DNA from: Nemertoderma westbladi | Lineage: Eukaryota; Animalia; Xenacoelomorpha | Assembly: GCA_032718475.1 (NCBI GenBank) | Contig: JAUCBJ010008295.1 | Span: 62,001-126,000 of the forward strand | Direction of reading: 5' to 3' | DNA length: 64,000 nt | Shown here: in pieces, positions 11,106 to 22,122 of the stretch | Position numbering within the stretch: the first letter of the stretch is position 1 | Layout: each line of letters opens with the position of its first letter | Made by a program: the position numbers and the translations under genes | The notes under the pieces: generated by a model | Seen by the model: the letters and a program-made list of their open reading frames with translations, nothing else | What the model was told of the DNA's origin: nothing | Databases searched by the model: none

Positions 11106-12416
11106 ATTCAGAGTTTATGCGATTATTCGCAACATTCATTCCCCAAGTTTGTTCCTACAATAATTGTGTTTGTTATACATACCGTTATAGTTAAATTAAC
11201 CCCGGTACTACACGGGCTGCTTGGCGTAGGTAAAGACTGGTGATTTTGTGCACCGGTCACTCCAGCAGATGCCGTGGTTCTTTTAGCTGTTCAAGTATAT
11301 TTAACTACTGATTATATGTTGTACAAGTACTCGTACCTAATTTAGGGTTTAGTATACAGTGCTTTCCGAAAGTAATTAGTGTAGGCATTATATTTGTGTT
11401 GTAAAGTGGTTGATAGGCACGTTCGATTAGCTCTATTAACTTCTAGGTAGGAACACTCCGTGATACATAACGTAGTACCTATAGCGATACGGCTATAGGT
11501 CGTCAGGCGGTGGTATTTTCCTATCTGGACAACGCAGTGTATTTACTACTACGTATTATTTTCAAATACCGCAGTACCCTGTCCGTTGTAATAACCAGAA
11601 TTCTAACCCTTTGTTAGGCTGGTTTGTAGACTTCTTGTAAAATTACCCTGAAAATTCGTATTTTGTGTTTTTGTAAATTTTTGTGTTTATTTAGAGATTG
11701 TAATCTCACCCGAATTGTACGTAATTTGTAGTATTAAGTAACTTAGGTAAATTAGTATTATTTGTTTTAGTGTCTTATAAGTAACACTTCACTGAAAGCG
11801 CACCGCTTTGTGTAGTGATTACTCCCCATAAATAATAACATTTATTTCAAACATCGACAAAACCCATTAAAACGGGTATATATATATTATAAATCAAATC
11901 TAACGATTTATAAATAGTAGGCCTACCATACAACCATTAGGTCTCAATATCAGTTGGATTACTGCTCAAATAACGGTAATAAAGTAAGTAAAGTAACCAA
12001 GTAACCCTAAAATTCAGAAATTCAATTATTTAAAATAATTGATATACCGGTATTTACGATAGGCCTATTATCTTTATTTCTATAAGTTTCGGCTGAAATT
12101 ATACCGGTACTTGTAATTAATTCTAGTCCAGAATTATATATACTATAAACTGTAAGCTGTATACCGGTATTCCCGATAGGCCTATTATATATTTATATAC
12201 ATTTGTGCTAAAATTATACCGGTATTCTGTGATAAACCTAGTCTGTAATAATACTTATATATACAATAAGCATACCGGTATTCTAATATATTATATATAT
12301 CACGCTACACTGAGTAGCAGTATCGGTAATTAATTACTAGGCTAGCAGTTAACACTGAATTACTAGACTTGCTTAGACTGTAATATAGCGGTAGACATTC
12401 AACTGTGTAAACAAAC

Positions 12417-15400
12417 ATGTCTGATACTAAGCAGAACTTGTCAGACAGTTTATTAGATGTAACTATCTGCGACTCAGATAGAGGTGTAGAACCGTCTAGT
12501 CCTAAGTTCAGTTCACCTCCCACTGTGAGGAAGGTCATCCCTCCTGTAGTAATAACAGAACCTAGTCTGGTCCAACATCGTAGGTCTATCATAGGCACTC
12601 GAGCTCAGGTCAAGCGGGACCAAGAAGCAGCGGAACAGCAACAACCCGCGAGCCAAGAACTTATTTCTCAGCGGCCCGACAGCTCCAGTAGTGAAGATAC
12701 GGTAGAACTGATACCCGAACGCGGAGCAAGGATGACGGACGAGGCTTATTCAGATCCCCTTCTCATCCTTCCTGCAGCCGTACTCACTAGGTTATTGATC
12801 GCTGTGGAAGAACACCAGATCGATTGGGCGAGAAGCCAGCGTTCAACTAGAGATAGTTATGCTGGATACACAAGGGAAGAACTGAAGTCCATGGTCGAGT
12901 CGCAATGGAACTTCCCCGGACCCGGACTCCCGTTTGATTTATCAGAAGCTGCCTGGGAAGACATACACCGGATGGGAGTAGCCAAGGAAACCATCGATCC
13001 AGCTGTGTGGAAGAGGTCCGCAGCCGGATACGCACAGGGATTCTTCAACTCTATGGAGAGAGTAGAAAAACAACTGTTACAACAACCTCAAGGACCTCAA
13101 GAGCAGGGACAGCTGCTTTATCAAGTTAGAGAAAGAATTCTGCGAATTAGGCTAATATTATCAGCCTTTGAAGAGGCTTCTAAAAGAAGACAAGACACGT
13201 CGTTGCAAGTTGCCGTAAAGACTTGGTTTCAACGGGTGAGTCGCCAAGTTCAAGGAACAGCTCAGTGGAAAGCTCAGCTGGAGGAGCGCTCAACCCATGG
13301 AGAATCAACAGACGCTACTTTTTCCCAAGTGGAAAGTGAAGCGACGGCAGAGAAGCCGCATAAGAGGGATGCCATTGACATCTATCTGTCAGACTATCAA
13401 CGTTTTTTAGGTGATGACGAGTTGAGGAGAAGGTTAGAGGGACTTAGCCCTAATAGTGAAGGAACCAAGCTTGTGTTGGATGCCATTGATGTGGAAATGA
13501 GGGCTGCGAATCAGGCTAAATTTGATGAACAACTCCGCATCACACGAGTCCAAGAAGAACAAGTAAAGAAAAAACGTATAGAAGACAGAAAGAAAGCAGC
13601 AGTGGTAGCTGCAGAAGCAGAAAGAAAAGCGGCAGCGGCAGAGGCAGCGGCAGAGGCAAAAGTGGCAGAAGCAGAACGGAAAGCGGCTGAAGAAATCACC
13701 CAATTAGAATTGGAAAACATTCAGGAGAATCAAGACTGCATAAATAAACAGTTAACAGCTAGTAATATGCAGATGATGAATCGATCTACTCCCAAAAGGC
13801 AGGGATATACATCATCTGAGGAAGGCGATACCACCGACACTGAAGGCGGAGGAAATCGATCTCGCCTAAGCAGACGTAAAAGAACATTCCACCGTCAGAA
13901 ATTGCCTGATTTGCCTCCAGCTGTTAGAAGGCAACTAAATAACACCAACTTAGCGAGTACAGAACCCACAGACCAAATAATTACAATAGAGAGACTCCCT
14001 ACTATAGTAGATGAGCCTGAAATAATTAGGCCTGTTCCCGAAGCTACCCTTTCGTTCGTAGAGACACCTGTACTCCCTGAACCTACCTCTCAATTCCCGT
14101 TGCACAGCACTAAGCTACCTGTGCCCAGTAGAACAGCCCATGAGACAGTTCATGCTCTGGACTCCGAGCGGAATGTTCATGATTTGTCGCCTGTTGTCCC
14201 TCGTCCGCCCGCTACAACGTTGGCGGATCCCGTTTCGGCGGTTGATTGGGTGGACGAGAGACGGCGGGGGATGGACATTCTCCTCGGAAAGATGGAGGAG
14301 AATCAAAGGCGCTCCTCCCAACAGGTCCGAGAGTTAGAAGGGACTGTTCAACAGTTAAAGGGAACCGTAAAGGAAAGTAGGTTAGAGTTGCAGGAAGTGC
14401 AGCAAAATATCGCGTTAGAACGTGATAAATTAGTAAATTTACAAAAGGGTATACCACCACCCCTTGTAACAATGTGTCAACCTGTTAGGTCTGAAGTATC
14501 TCATGCGCAAGGTGTGGAGCCTACACGCATCTATACTGCTAGCGAAGTAGAAACTCCTATAGTGAACCCTATTAAGGGTAATTATAGACCTGTTGATAAT
14601 GATATTCCATATAGAACGGATCATAATCCGAGAAATTTATATACCGATAACTCGATATTAAATAACACGATGGCCCAAGAAAGTTTTACGCGTCAAATGG
14701 CTAGAACCGAAGCCCGGCAAGCTGTAAAGGTGGGAGAGATTGTAAAGTTCAATGGAGATGAGATGAAATGGTTACCTTTTAATGAATATTACAAAGATAA
14801 CATACAGAACTATGTGCTATCTAATGGAGAGAAACTTAGATACCTCATCGAATGCTTGGAAGGATCTCCCAAGTTAATGGCATTAAAGTTTATTGGACAT
14901 CCAGACGGATTAAGACAAGTTTGGGATACACTAAACATCAGGTATGGTAATAGGAATAACATAGCTGGGTATTTGTATGCAAAGTTGGTAGCGCCCCGAA
15001 AGTTTATTAGCAGCGGAATTATCGAGTTTTCCGATGAGATTCAGGAGATCTGTAGACAATTAGATTGGCTAGGTAAGTCTCAGGAGTATCAGAATGCTAT
15101 GGTTATTAGAGCAGTGGCTTCTACTTTACCGAAGGGTGGAGTAGGTACACGCTGGGATAAGAAAGTGTTATATATGATGGAACAACAACGACGAGACCCT
15201 ACCATGGCTGATCTAATGTCATTCCTAGATGGAGAAGTGAAATTACAGCTCCTGAAACTGTCCAGAGAGAAGACACCGGAAAACAAGGTAAGTGAAAAAC
15301 CCGTCTCTAGGAGAAAGGTAACACCAGTGTGTTATACAGACGACGGCGAAAGCCAGACTTCTCAAGGAGAAGATAGCGGAAAAGACACTGATAGATCTTA

Positions 15401-18400
15401 TTACGTAAATAAAATGCCTAAAGATCAGGTAAGTAAATTCAAGTCTCGAACAAATGACAGGAGAGAACAGGTAAGAAAAACTCCTCCTACGTCTCCCAAG
15501 AGAATTCAGGTGAGAAAGCCCGAAGAAAAAGCAAGTGTACACAATGTGACTCAGAGTAAGGTGAGTAACATCAAACCGAAATGTGCGCTGTGTGACGGGA
15601 CCCACCATTTGAATATGTGTGATAAATTCCTGAAGAAGTCATTAACGGAGAGACGTGAAGTCATGTGGGACAAGCGGTTGTGTTATAATTGCCTCAGACA
15701 AGGACATCAACGGCGAACCTGTTACTCAGACATAAGGTGTGCAAAGTGTGGTGCGAAACATCATATCTTGTTGCACGCTGAATTCGATCGAAATAGTCCT
15801 AATCAGGTAAGTGATTCCGAACTACATGTCCAATTCAGTGATGTGAACGACACTGATCAATCTGAGATGGAAGGATTCTATACGGACGAGTTCTCCGACG
15901 AAAACGAATCCTGTTACATGATAAATACCGCAGTGTATCGAGCACTCACATATGAAAAAGATACAGACAGCGACTTCACTCTAACTACTTCTGAGCGACA
16001 ACCATCGTGGAAAGCACCAACTTCCAATGTAGGAATCCGAGAATTTCCTGTAGTCCAGTTACGGGTCCATGGACCTCAGAAGAGCTATATAGTGAACGCC
16101 CTCCTGGACTCCGGCAGCACAGGAACATTCATTGATAAAGAACTAGCCGAAGACATCTTCGCTGGACAACCTAAGTTCCGAACCAAGCTAAATATGTCAG
16201 GCATTATGCAAGTTTGGAAATCTACAGTAACAGCTGATTATTATGTAGGCGCGTTGTCCACCCCACAAGACGAACTAGGAGAACATAGCATAAGGTCGGT
16301 GAAAATGGTGGCTATAAAGAACTTCGCTACTACTCAAGCAGACCTTTATAATTGGGACGAGGATGAGAGCATCCAACATCTTAAGATACCTCGATTCCAG
16401 ACTGATTATCCTGGAGTGCAAATACTCATCGGCCAAAACGCGCATGAGGCGCTGGAGACATTGGAGAAACGGCCTGCTCAACCGCAGCCACTACAGACCT
16501 ATGCGGTAAGAACTAGAGTAGGTTGGTACTTTACTGGCCCTTCCCGTAGAACACTCAGAGAAAGACTACCGCAAGAGCGCGTCTACCAGGTGAGTGAATG
16601 GGAAGATGATACTAGTGAGGGAGACGATTTAACTGAGGGAACCCCATACTCCTCAGATAACGACGACGTTCACCAGCTTTTTGATGAGGAGAATACCATC
16701 GATCTCCTTAAGGAAAACGAGGCTTGGCAAAACCAAGTGAACTTATGTCAACTTCTTTATCCAACTGAACGAGAAGCTTATAACGACGAGTTAAATGACG
16801 TCATTGAGCGTTGTAATGCCAAGACTCGAGATGAACATGCCGTAAGATTCTTTACGCAAGAGGCGGTAGAGCCCAATTCCTACGATAAAGCCTTGTCGGT
16901 GGAAGAGGAAAGGGCCAAGCAGATCCAAGAGACAACTACACGTTTCCTCAAAGATCAAGGTAGGTATGAAGTCGGTCTACCTTTCCGCAAGAGAGAACCG
17001 AAGTTCATCAATAACAGACCCTTGGCGGAAAAAAGAATCGCGCAACTCCATCGACGCCTTACGGCTAATTCTTCAGCTAAAGCAATGTATCAAACACAGC
17101 TGGAGAAATTTATTAGTAAGGGATACGCGGAGAGAGTACCGGAAGAAACACCTGTGACTGAAAGAACGTATTACTTAACTCACCATTACGTTCCTAAACC
17201 CGGTAAGCCACATGAAGTGAGAGTAGTGTTTGATGGCTCCGCTCTTTACATGGGTCAATCCCTTAACTCTGAATTGTTACCCGGACCCAACTTACTTCAA
17301 TCTTTGTTGGGAATTCTTTTAAGATTGAGACAATATTCGATTGCTTTCGCCTCCGATATAGAAGGCATGTTCTTACAAGTCAAGGTGTTAGATAGGGATC
17401 GAGATAGTTTACGATTTCTGTGGTGGCCCGAAGGAGACCTCAACATGAAACCGGTGGAGTACTGGATGACCATCCAGGCCTTTGGGATAATCTCAAGCCC
17501 TTCCAACGCCTGTTCGGTAGTGCGTACCACTGCAGAGGACAACCGAGAGGCCTTCTCTAAGGAAGTGATCGACAACATCAAGCGAGACATATACATGGAC
17601 GACAATCTGAAGTCCCTTCCATCAGTTGAGGAAGCCATTGAGGTCGCTAAAGGAACGGTAGAGTGCTTAAAAAGAGGTGGGTTTCGATTAACGAAATTCA
17701 CCAGCAACTCCCGTGAGTTTCTGGAGTCGATCCCTGCGGAAGATCGAGGGGCGAAAGATCTAGATTTGATCAAAGATGATCTGCCAGAAACCAAGACACT
17801 CGGCTTGAAATGGGACACAGAGCGAGATATCCTGTTTTTCCAGCTAAAACAGCGAGATAATCCAGTTCGAACCAAACGGATTTGCTTAAGTATACTGAGC
17901 ACTTATTTCGATCCATTGGGATTTATTAGCCCAGTTATATTGATTGCTCGTAGTTTGGTACAACAAATGTGGCTTGAAAACCACTCATGGGACGATCCAC
18001 TTAAGGGAGAATTATTAAAGAAGTGGATGAAATGGGAAGATTCTCTGCCGGCTATCGAGGATTTTATAATTTCCCGTTCATATTTTGGTCATGTTCTCCC
18101 TACGTATTCCTATCAACTCCATGTGTTTGGAGACGCCAGCGATATGGGAATAGGTATAGTAGCCTATCTAAGAGTGGAAACTCCGGATGGAATCAAAGTC
18201 GCCTTAGTTACTTCTAAGGCATTAATCAACAACAAGTTGAAAGTTCCTCGAGCGGAGTTAAAAGCGGCTCTATACGCTACAGCCATCGGCCGGAATGTAA
18301 CAGAACAGATTGACTATCCATTAGAGAAAACTGTCTATTGGACCGACGCTTTACTCGTGTTAGAGTATATAACCAATGAAGTCTGTCAGTTCAGCGTCTT

Positions 18401-20477
18401 CGTTACCAACAGAGTAGCCATCATACTTAGTCGCACGACGATGGACCAATGGAGACATTGCCCCGGAACGATTAATCCAGCAGACATCGCCTCCCGAGGA
18501 GCGACTCCAAAGGAATTGGTAAATACTCCCGAATGGTTAGGTGGACCCGACTTTCTCTACAGAGAAGAAGAAGAATGGCCTCCCCATCTCACAACAGCAG
18601 AGATCAGACAGGCCAAGGGAGCGGAGAAAGTTAAACCCAAAACTCGAGCGAGTAAATCGAAGTTGTTTAAACCTGCGGTTGATCTATCTGTATTATTTAC
18701 TTCCGGAGAGGATGCTTTGGATCAGAAACCCACAGCCACGGATAAAGAAGTCTTAGAAATCCGTGACAAGGATTGGAAATCTGGAATACCAGATATTTCG
18801 CAAGGACTCTCACCTCTCTTGCAGAGAGTGATACGTCATTACAGTTCCTGGAATCGGCTCTGTAAAGCCGTCACCTATTTAAAACGATGTTTTCATCATC
18901 GTTACTCCGGGACAAAGACCAATAGTGATGATGCTCCATCAACATCTGCAAGAGTCCATGTTGTTAAAGATCTTCCTAAATATAAGATATCCGACAGGTT
19001 TCTAAAGGAGAAGATCAGTTACCAGGAGCATGATGAAACCAACAAACAGATGCTGAGACTCCTACAATGCTATGAGGATCCCGATAAGTATTTCCTGTTG
19101 TTAAGAAATCCGCAGATGCGCTTAAGGGATCGCTTCTCTAGTACCATGATAGATGGGTTAATACGTGTTGGAGGCAGGCTCACCAACGCCCCCTTATCCT
19201 TTGACACTAAGTTTCCCATACTCATTAGAAATCTTGACATACAAATCAAGATGATTGTAGATGTTCATAGCAAACTGTATCATGCTGGAAGAGAACGAGT
19301 TCTGAGCGAAATTCGAACTCGCTACTATTTTTATAAACCCCGTAGGGCTCTGAACCAAGTCCTTAGGAACTGCATACCCTGTAGGAAAGCATTCAGTAGG
19401 CCTTTGACACAGCGAGAGGCAGAATTACCTAGGGAAAGAGTAAGCTTCTATGAACCACCCTTTACTAATACCGGTGTGGATTTATTTGGCCCTATTGAAG
19501 TATATCGTGCCCGGACTATAGTCAAGAGATGGTGTGTCATCTTCGTTTGTATGACTTGTAGAGCTATCCATCTCGATATGGTAAACGATCTATCCACCAA
19601 CAGCTTCGTGTTGAGTTTACGACGACAGATCGCTCGCTTCGGAACCAGTAACACGATGAGATCGGATAAGGGAACGAACTTCATTGGCGCCAACAACGAA
19701 ATTCAAGCTTTCGTAAAGGACTGGAACAAAAGACAGGTGGACGATCAGCTAAGGATAACAGCGTCTAGCTGGACCTTCAACGCCGCCGACGCCCCTTGGT
19801 GGGGAGGAAGTTGGGAGAGATTGATTAGGAGCGTGAAGACTGCGTTCCACTTTATTGTGCCTTGTCGCGCTTATCTCACCGACGAACTATTGCGGACGTT
19901 AATGGAGGAAATCGCCGCTTATCTCAACGAAAGACCGCTTATGCCAGTCTCTTCAAGTCCTGATTCCCTGGAAGCGCTAACACCCGCGCACTTTCTACTG
20001 AAGAAACCCGTAGCCATGCTCCCACGATCGGAGATCACAGACGGAGACGAGTACTGCCGTCGAACCTGGCAACTTATGCAGTTGCTATCCCGTCGTTTCG
20101 CTGACCATTTCGAGAAACATTACCTGCCCACTCTACAACTTCGAACTAAGTGGTTTGCGCAGCAAGAAAACGTCAGCGCTGGAGACATGGTGCTTATTGT
20201 GGACCCCGATCTCCCACGTAAGCGATGGCAAACAGGACGTATCATCGAGACTCATATCTCGAGCGATGGTTTGGTGCGATCAGTAGAACTCGTCGTCATG
20301 CGGCGTAACTTTAAGAAACCAGGGATAGTCTTTGAGACTCAACAGCTCAACCGCCCAGTGGGTCGTTTATGTTTACTGGAAAGAGACAGAGAGCTCTCCG
20401 GAAACTATGGAAGGCAAGAAACTCTTCCCACGACCACTTCCCTAATCCAACCGACATCTAGGGACTCCCCAACTTAA
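12417..20477 (+). CDS. BEL/Pao Gag-Pol polyprotein (2686 aa, uninterrupted)
   Basis: Gag KFNGDEMKWLPF (DUF1759-like). Three BEL-type Zn knuckles (CALC..H..C, CYNC..GH..C, CAKC..HH..LH). Protease ALLDSGS. RT DIEGMF/YMDD. RNase H VFGDAS/PRAEL/YWTDA/NPAD. Integrase HHCC, GVDLFGP, RSDKGTNF, WWGGSWERL. Confidence 0.97.
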   Translation: MSDTKQNLSDSLLDVTICDSDRGVEPSSPKFSSPPTVRKVIPPVVITEPSLVQHRRSIIGTRAQVKRDQEAAEQQQPASQELISQRPDSSSSEDTVELIPERGARMTDEAYSDPLLILPAAVLTRLLIAVEEHQIDWARSQRSTRDSYAGYTREELKSMVESQWNFPGPGLPFDLSEAAWEDIHRMGVAKETIDPAVWKRSAAGYAQGFFNSMERVEKQLLQQPQGPQEQGQLLYQVRERILRIRLILSAFEEASKRRQDTSLQVAVKTWFQRVSRQVQGTAQWKAQLEERSTHGESTDATFSQVESEATAEKPHKRDAIDIYLSDYQRFLGDDELRRRLEGLSPNSEGTKLVLDAIDVEMRAANQAKFDEQLRITRVQEEQVKKKRIEDRKKAAVVAAEAERKAAAAEAAAEAKVAEAERKAAEEITQLELENIQENQDCINKQLTASNMQMMNRSTPKRQGYTSSEEGDTTDTEGGGNRSRLSRRKRTFHRQKLPDLPPAVRRQLNNTNLASTEPTDQIITIERLPTIVDEPEIIRPVPEATLSFVETPVLPEPTSQFPLHSTKLPVPSRTAHETVHALDSERNVHDLSPVVPRPPATTLADPVSAVDWVDERRRGMDILLGKMEENQRRSSQQVRELEGTVQQLKGTVKESRLELQEVQQNIALERDKLVNLQKGIPPPLVTMCQPVRSEVSHAQGVEPTRIYTASEVETPIVNPIKGNYRPVDNDIPYRTDHNPRNLYTDNSILNNTMAQESFTRQMARTEARQAVKVGEIVKFNGDEMKWLPFNEYYKDNIQNYVLSNGEKLRYLIECLEGSPKLMALKFIGHPDGLRQVWDTLNIRYGNRNNIAGYLYAKLVAPRKFISSGIIEFSDEIQEICRQLDWLGKSQEYQNAMVIRAVASTLPKGGVGTRWDKKVLYMMEQQRRDPTMADLMSFLDGEVKLQLLKLSREKTPENKVSEKPVSRRKVTPVCYTDDGESQTSQGEDSGKDTDRSYYVNKMPKDQVSKFKSRTNDRREQVRKTPPTSPKRIQVRKPEEKASVHNVTQSKVSNIKPKCALCDGTHHLNMCDKFLKKSLTERREVMWDKRLCYNCLRQGHQRRTCYSDIRCAKCGAKHHILLHAEFDRNSPNQVSDSELHVQFSDVNDTDQSEMEGFYTDEFSDENESCYMINTAVYRALTYEKDTDSDFTLTTSERQPSWKAPTSNVGIREFPVVQLRVHGPQKSYIVNALLDSGSTGTFIDKELAEDIFAGQPKFRTKLNMSGIMQVWKSTVTADYYVGALSTPQDELGEHSIRSVKMVAIKNFATTQADLYNWDEDESIQHLKIPRFQTDYPGVQILIGQNAHEALETLEKRPAQPQPLQTYAVRTRVGWYFTGPSRRTLRERLPQERVYQVSEWEDDTSEGDDLTEGTPYSSDNDDVHQLFDEENTIDLLKENEAWQNQVNLCQLLYPTEREAYNDELNDVIERCNAKTRDEHAVRFFTQEAVEPNSYDKALSVEEERAKQIQETTTRFLKDQGRYEVGLPFRKREPKFINNRPLAEKRIAQLHRRLTANSSAKAMYQTQLEKFISKGYAERVPEETPVTERTYYLTHHYVPKPGKPHEVRVVFDGSALYMGQSLNSELLPGPNLLQSLLGILLRLRQYSIAFASDIEGMFLQVKVLDRDRDSLRFLWWPEGDLNMKPVEYWMTIQAFGIISSPSNACSVVRTTAEDNREAFSKEVIDNIKRDIYMDDNLKSLPSVEEAIEVAKGTVECLKRGGFRLTKFTSNSREFLESIPAEDRGAKDLDLIKDDLPETKTLGLKWDTERDILFFQLKQRDNPVRTKRICLSILSTYFDPLGFISPVILIARSLVQQMWLENHSWDDPLKGELLKKWMKWEDSLPAIEDFIISRSYFGHVLPTYSYQLHVFGDASDMGIGIVAYLRVETPDGIKVALVTSKALINNKLKVPRAELKAALYATAIGRNVTEQIDYPLEKTVYWTDALLVLEYITNEVCQFSVFVTNRVAIILSRTTMDQWRHCPGTINPADIASRGATPKELVNTPEWLGGPDFLYREEEEWPPHLTTAEIRQAKGAEKVKPKTRASKSKLFKPAVDLSVLFTSGEDALDQKPTATDKEVLEIRDKDWKSGIPDISQGLSPLLQRVIRHYSSWNRLCKAVTYLKRCFHHRYSGTKTNSDDAPSTSARVHVVKDLPKYKISDRFLKEKISYQEHDETNKQMLRLLQCYEDPDKYFLLLRNPQMRLRDRFSSTMIDGLIRVGGRLTNAPLSFDTKFPILIRNLDIQIKMIVDVHSKLYHAGRERVLSEIRTRYYFYKPRRALNQVLRNCIPCRKAFSRPLTQREAELPRERVSFYEPPFTNTGVDLFGPIEVYRARTIVKRWCVIFVCMTCRAIHLDMVNDLSTNSFVLSLRRQIARFGTSNTMRSDKGTNFIGANNEIQAFVKDWNKRQVDDQLRITASSWTFNAADAPWWGGSWERLIRSVKTAFHFIVPCRAYLTDELLRTLMEEIAAYLNERPLMPVSSSPDSLEALTPAHFLLKKPVAMLPRSEITDGDEYCRRTWQLMQLLSRRFADHFEKHYLPTLQLRTKWFAQQENVSAGDMVLIVDPDLPRKRWQTGRIIETHISSDGLVRSVELVVMRRNFKKPGIVFETQQLNRPVGRLCLLERDRELSGNYGRQETLPTTTSLIQPTSRDSPT

Positions 20478-22122
20478 TATCGTTCGGAGTGGGCGTGTGA
20501 CTCTATTATTTTATATTATTTTATTATTTTTATATTTAGGTATGTATTACTATGTAATTTTATTATAATCGTTTTATTTAATTTAGTAGAATATTATTTA
20601 GCGATCATTTAGTAGAATAGTGCAATATATTCGTGTTTATTGCGTACGTAATTACTTATATTATATTTAGTGTGACGGCGAGAAACAATTCTTTTTCTCT
20701 TTCCTTACTGTCCGTATTATATTATAAATACGTAACTACAGTAAGATGAAATGTCCGTACTTATTAAAGTACAATAAAGCCACTACTATATTTAAGTATT
20801 ATTGGTAGGCAGAGTATTAGGAATGCAAAGTTCAGATCCTCGTGTCTCGGCTAAACCAAGCTCTGGGTAGACCTTGGAAACGACTTGCCTCTTCACACTG
20901 ACATTGCTTCGTGCGATATTGCTCTCATACCGTATATTAAATAATACATATAGTAGCGTGATGTCCCTTTAACAGTAGCGTATAACGCAAAATAAATCTG
21001 TTAAACCCTTTGACCATCTGCAATTCTAGTCGATTAAGATATCGCGGCACCCACCGATATACTTGAAAGACAAATTCTAGAATCAGTGGTTAACGTCCCC
21101 AGACAAGTTCTGGAATAAATCGGTGCCCATCTCAAATATTAATTATTTAATATTTGCAAATCTAATAAATCAAAATCTGTAAAATTCAGATCCTTCAACA
21201 ATTCTAGTCAATTAAGATATCGTAGCATTTACCGATATTCTTAAAAGGACAATTTTCATAGAATTAAGGATCTTGTGTCCCCAGACATGTTCTAGACTCA
21301 AAATATGTCCATTTAATTATCAAATAATAAAATTTCAGGGAATAAATTTAAATTCATGCCTTTTAATGAATTTAATAAATTGCCATTTTTACGCAATTTA
21401 TAACATTCCCAAAATTCCATTAATTAATAGATCAAGGGAGCGGAGATTTGTCTTATTATGAGTATGAGTGTGCGAAAGTCTCCCAAACATGGTCAATAGC
21501 CGATAAAATTCATAAAGTCATGTATCAAACAGGACATTGACTATTAAAGAATTACTATTAAATAACATCCCAGATCTGTATGCATGGGAATTACTCTAAT
21601 TCTACCGCTAGCTTTGCATAATGTCACCATGGCAACAACCACGCTAGAATTAGAATTGAGTTAAAAGAACAATAGAAAGCTTGTCCCATTGAATAGCATA
21701 GGGAATAAATAGCGCACTGCTAGTATCCAAGGATACATAATAATACAGTGACATTCTGGAAGGCATTGACTAACGGACAAATGGCCCGAATGTGCGTAGT
21801 TGTGACCAGTTGTGTGGTATTTGTGAGTTTATAGGTGAATGTTACTGCTAAAGTGTGTTTACAGTAGCTAGTCGCAATCGTGAAAGTAACCTAACTCTCC
21901 AAGGAAAACCTGAAGTACATCTAAGCCTTTGGGACAGACAGTGGAGTGACTTGTGCCGGTTGTCGTTGTCGTTGTGCGGCTACGTCGTTGGCGAAAGTAC
22001 GGCGGCGACGACACATCGGCGCTGAGGATCTCGCACTGTCCGGGGGCTGATTGGGGTAGGCAGCGACGCCCGCTCGCCTAAATATAAACTCATTATAATA
22101 TGGATAAATTTATATAGCAGAT

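Noticed and set aside
12305-19696. Short antisense and alternate-frame ORFs over gag-pol
   Set aside because: Shadow ORFs of the long coding frame with no motifs.
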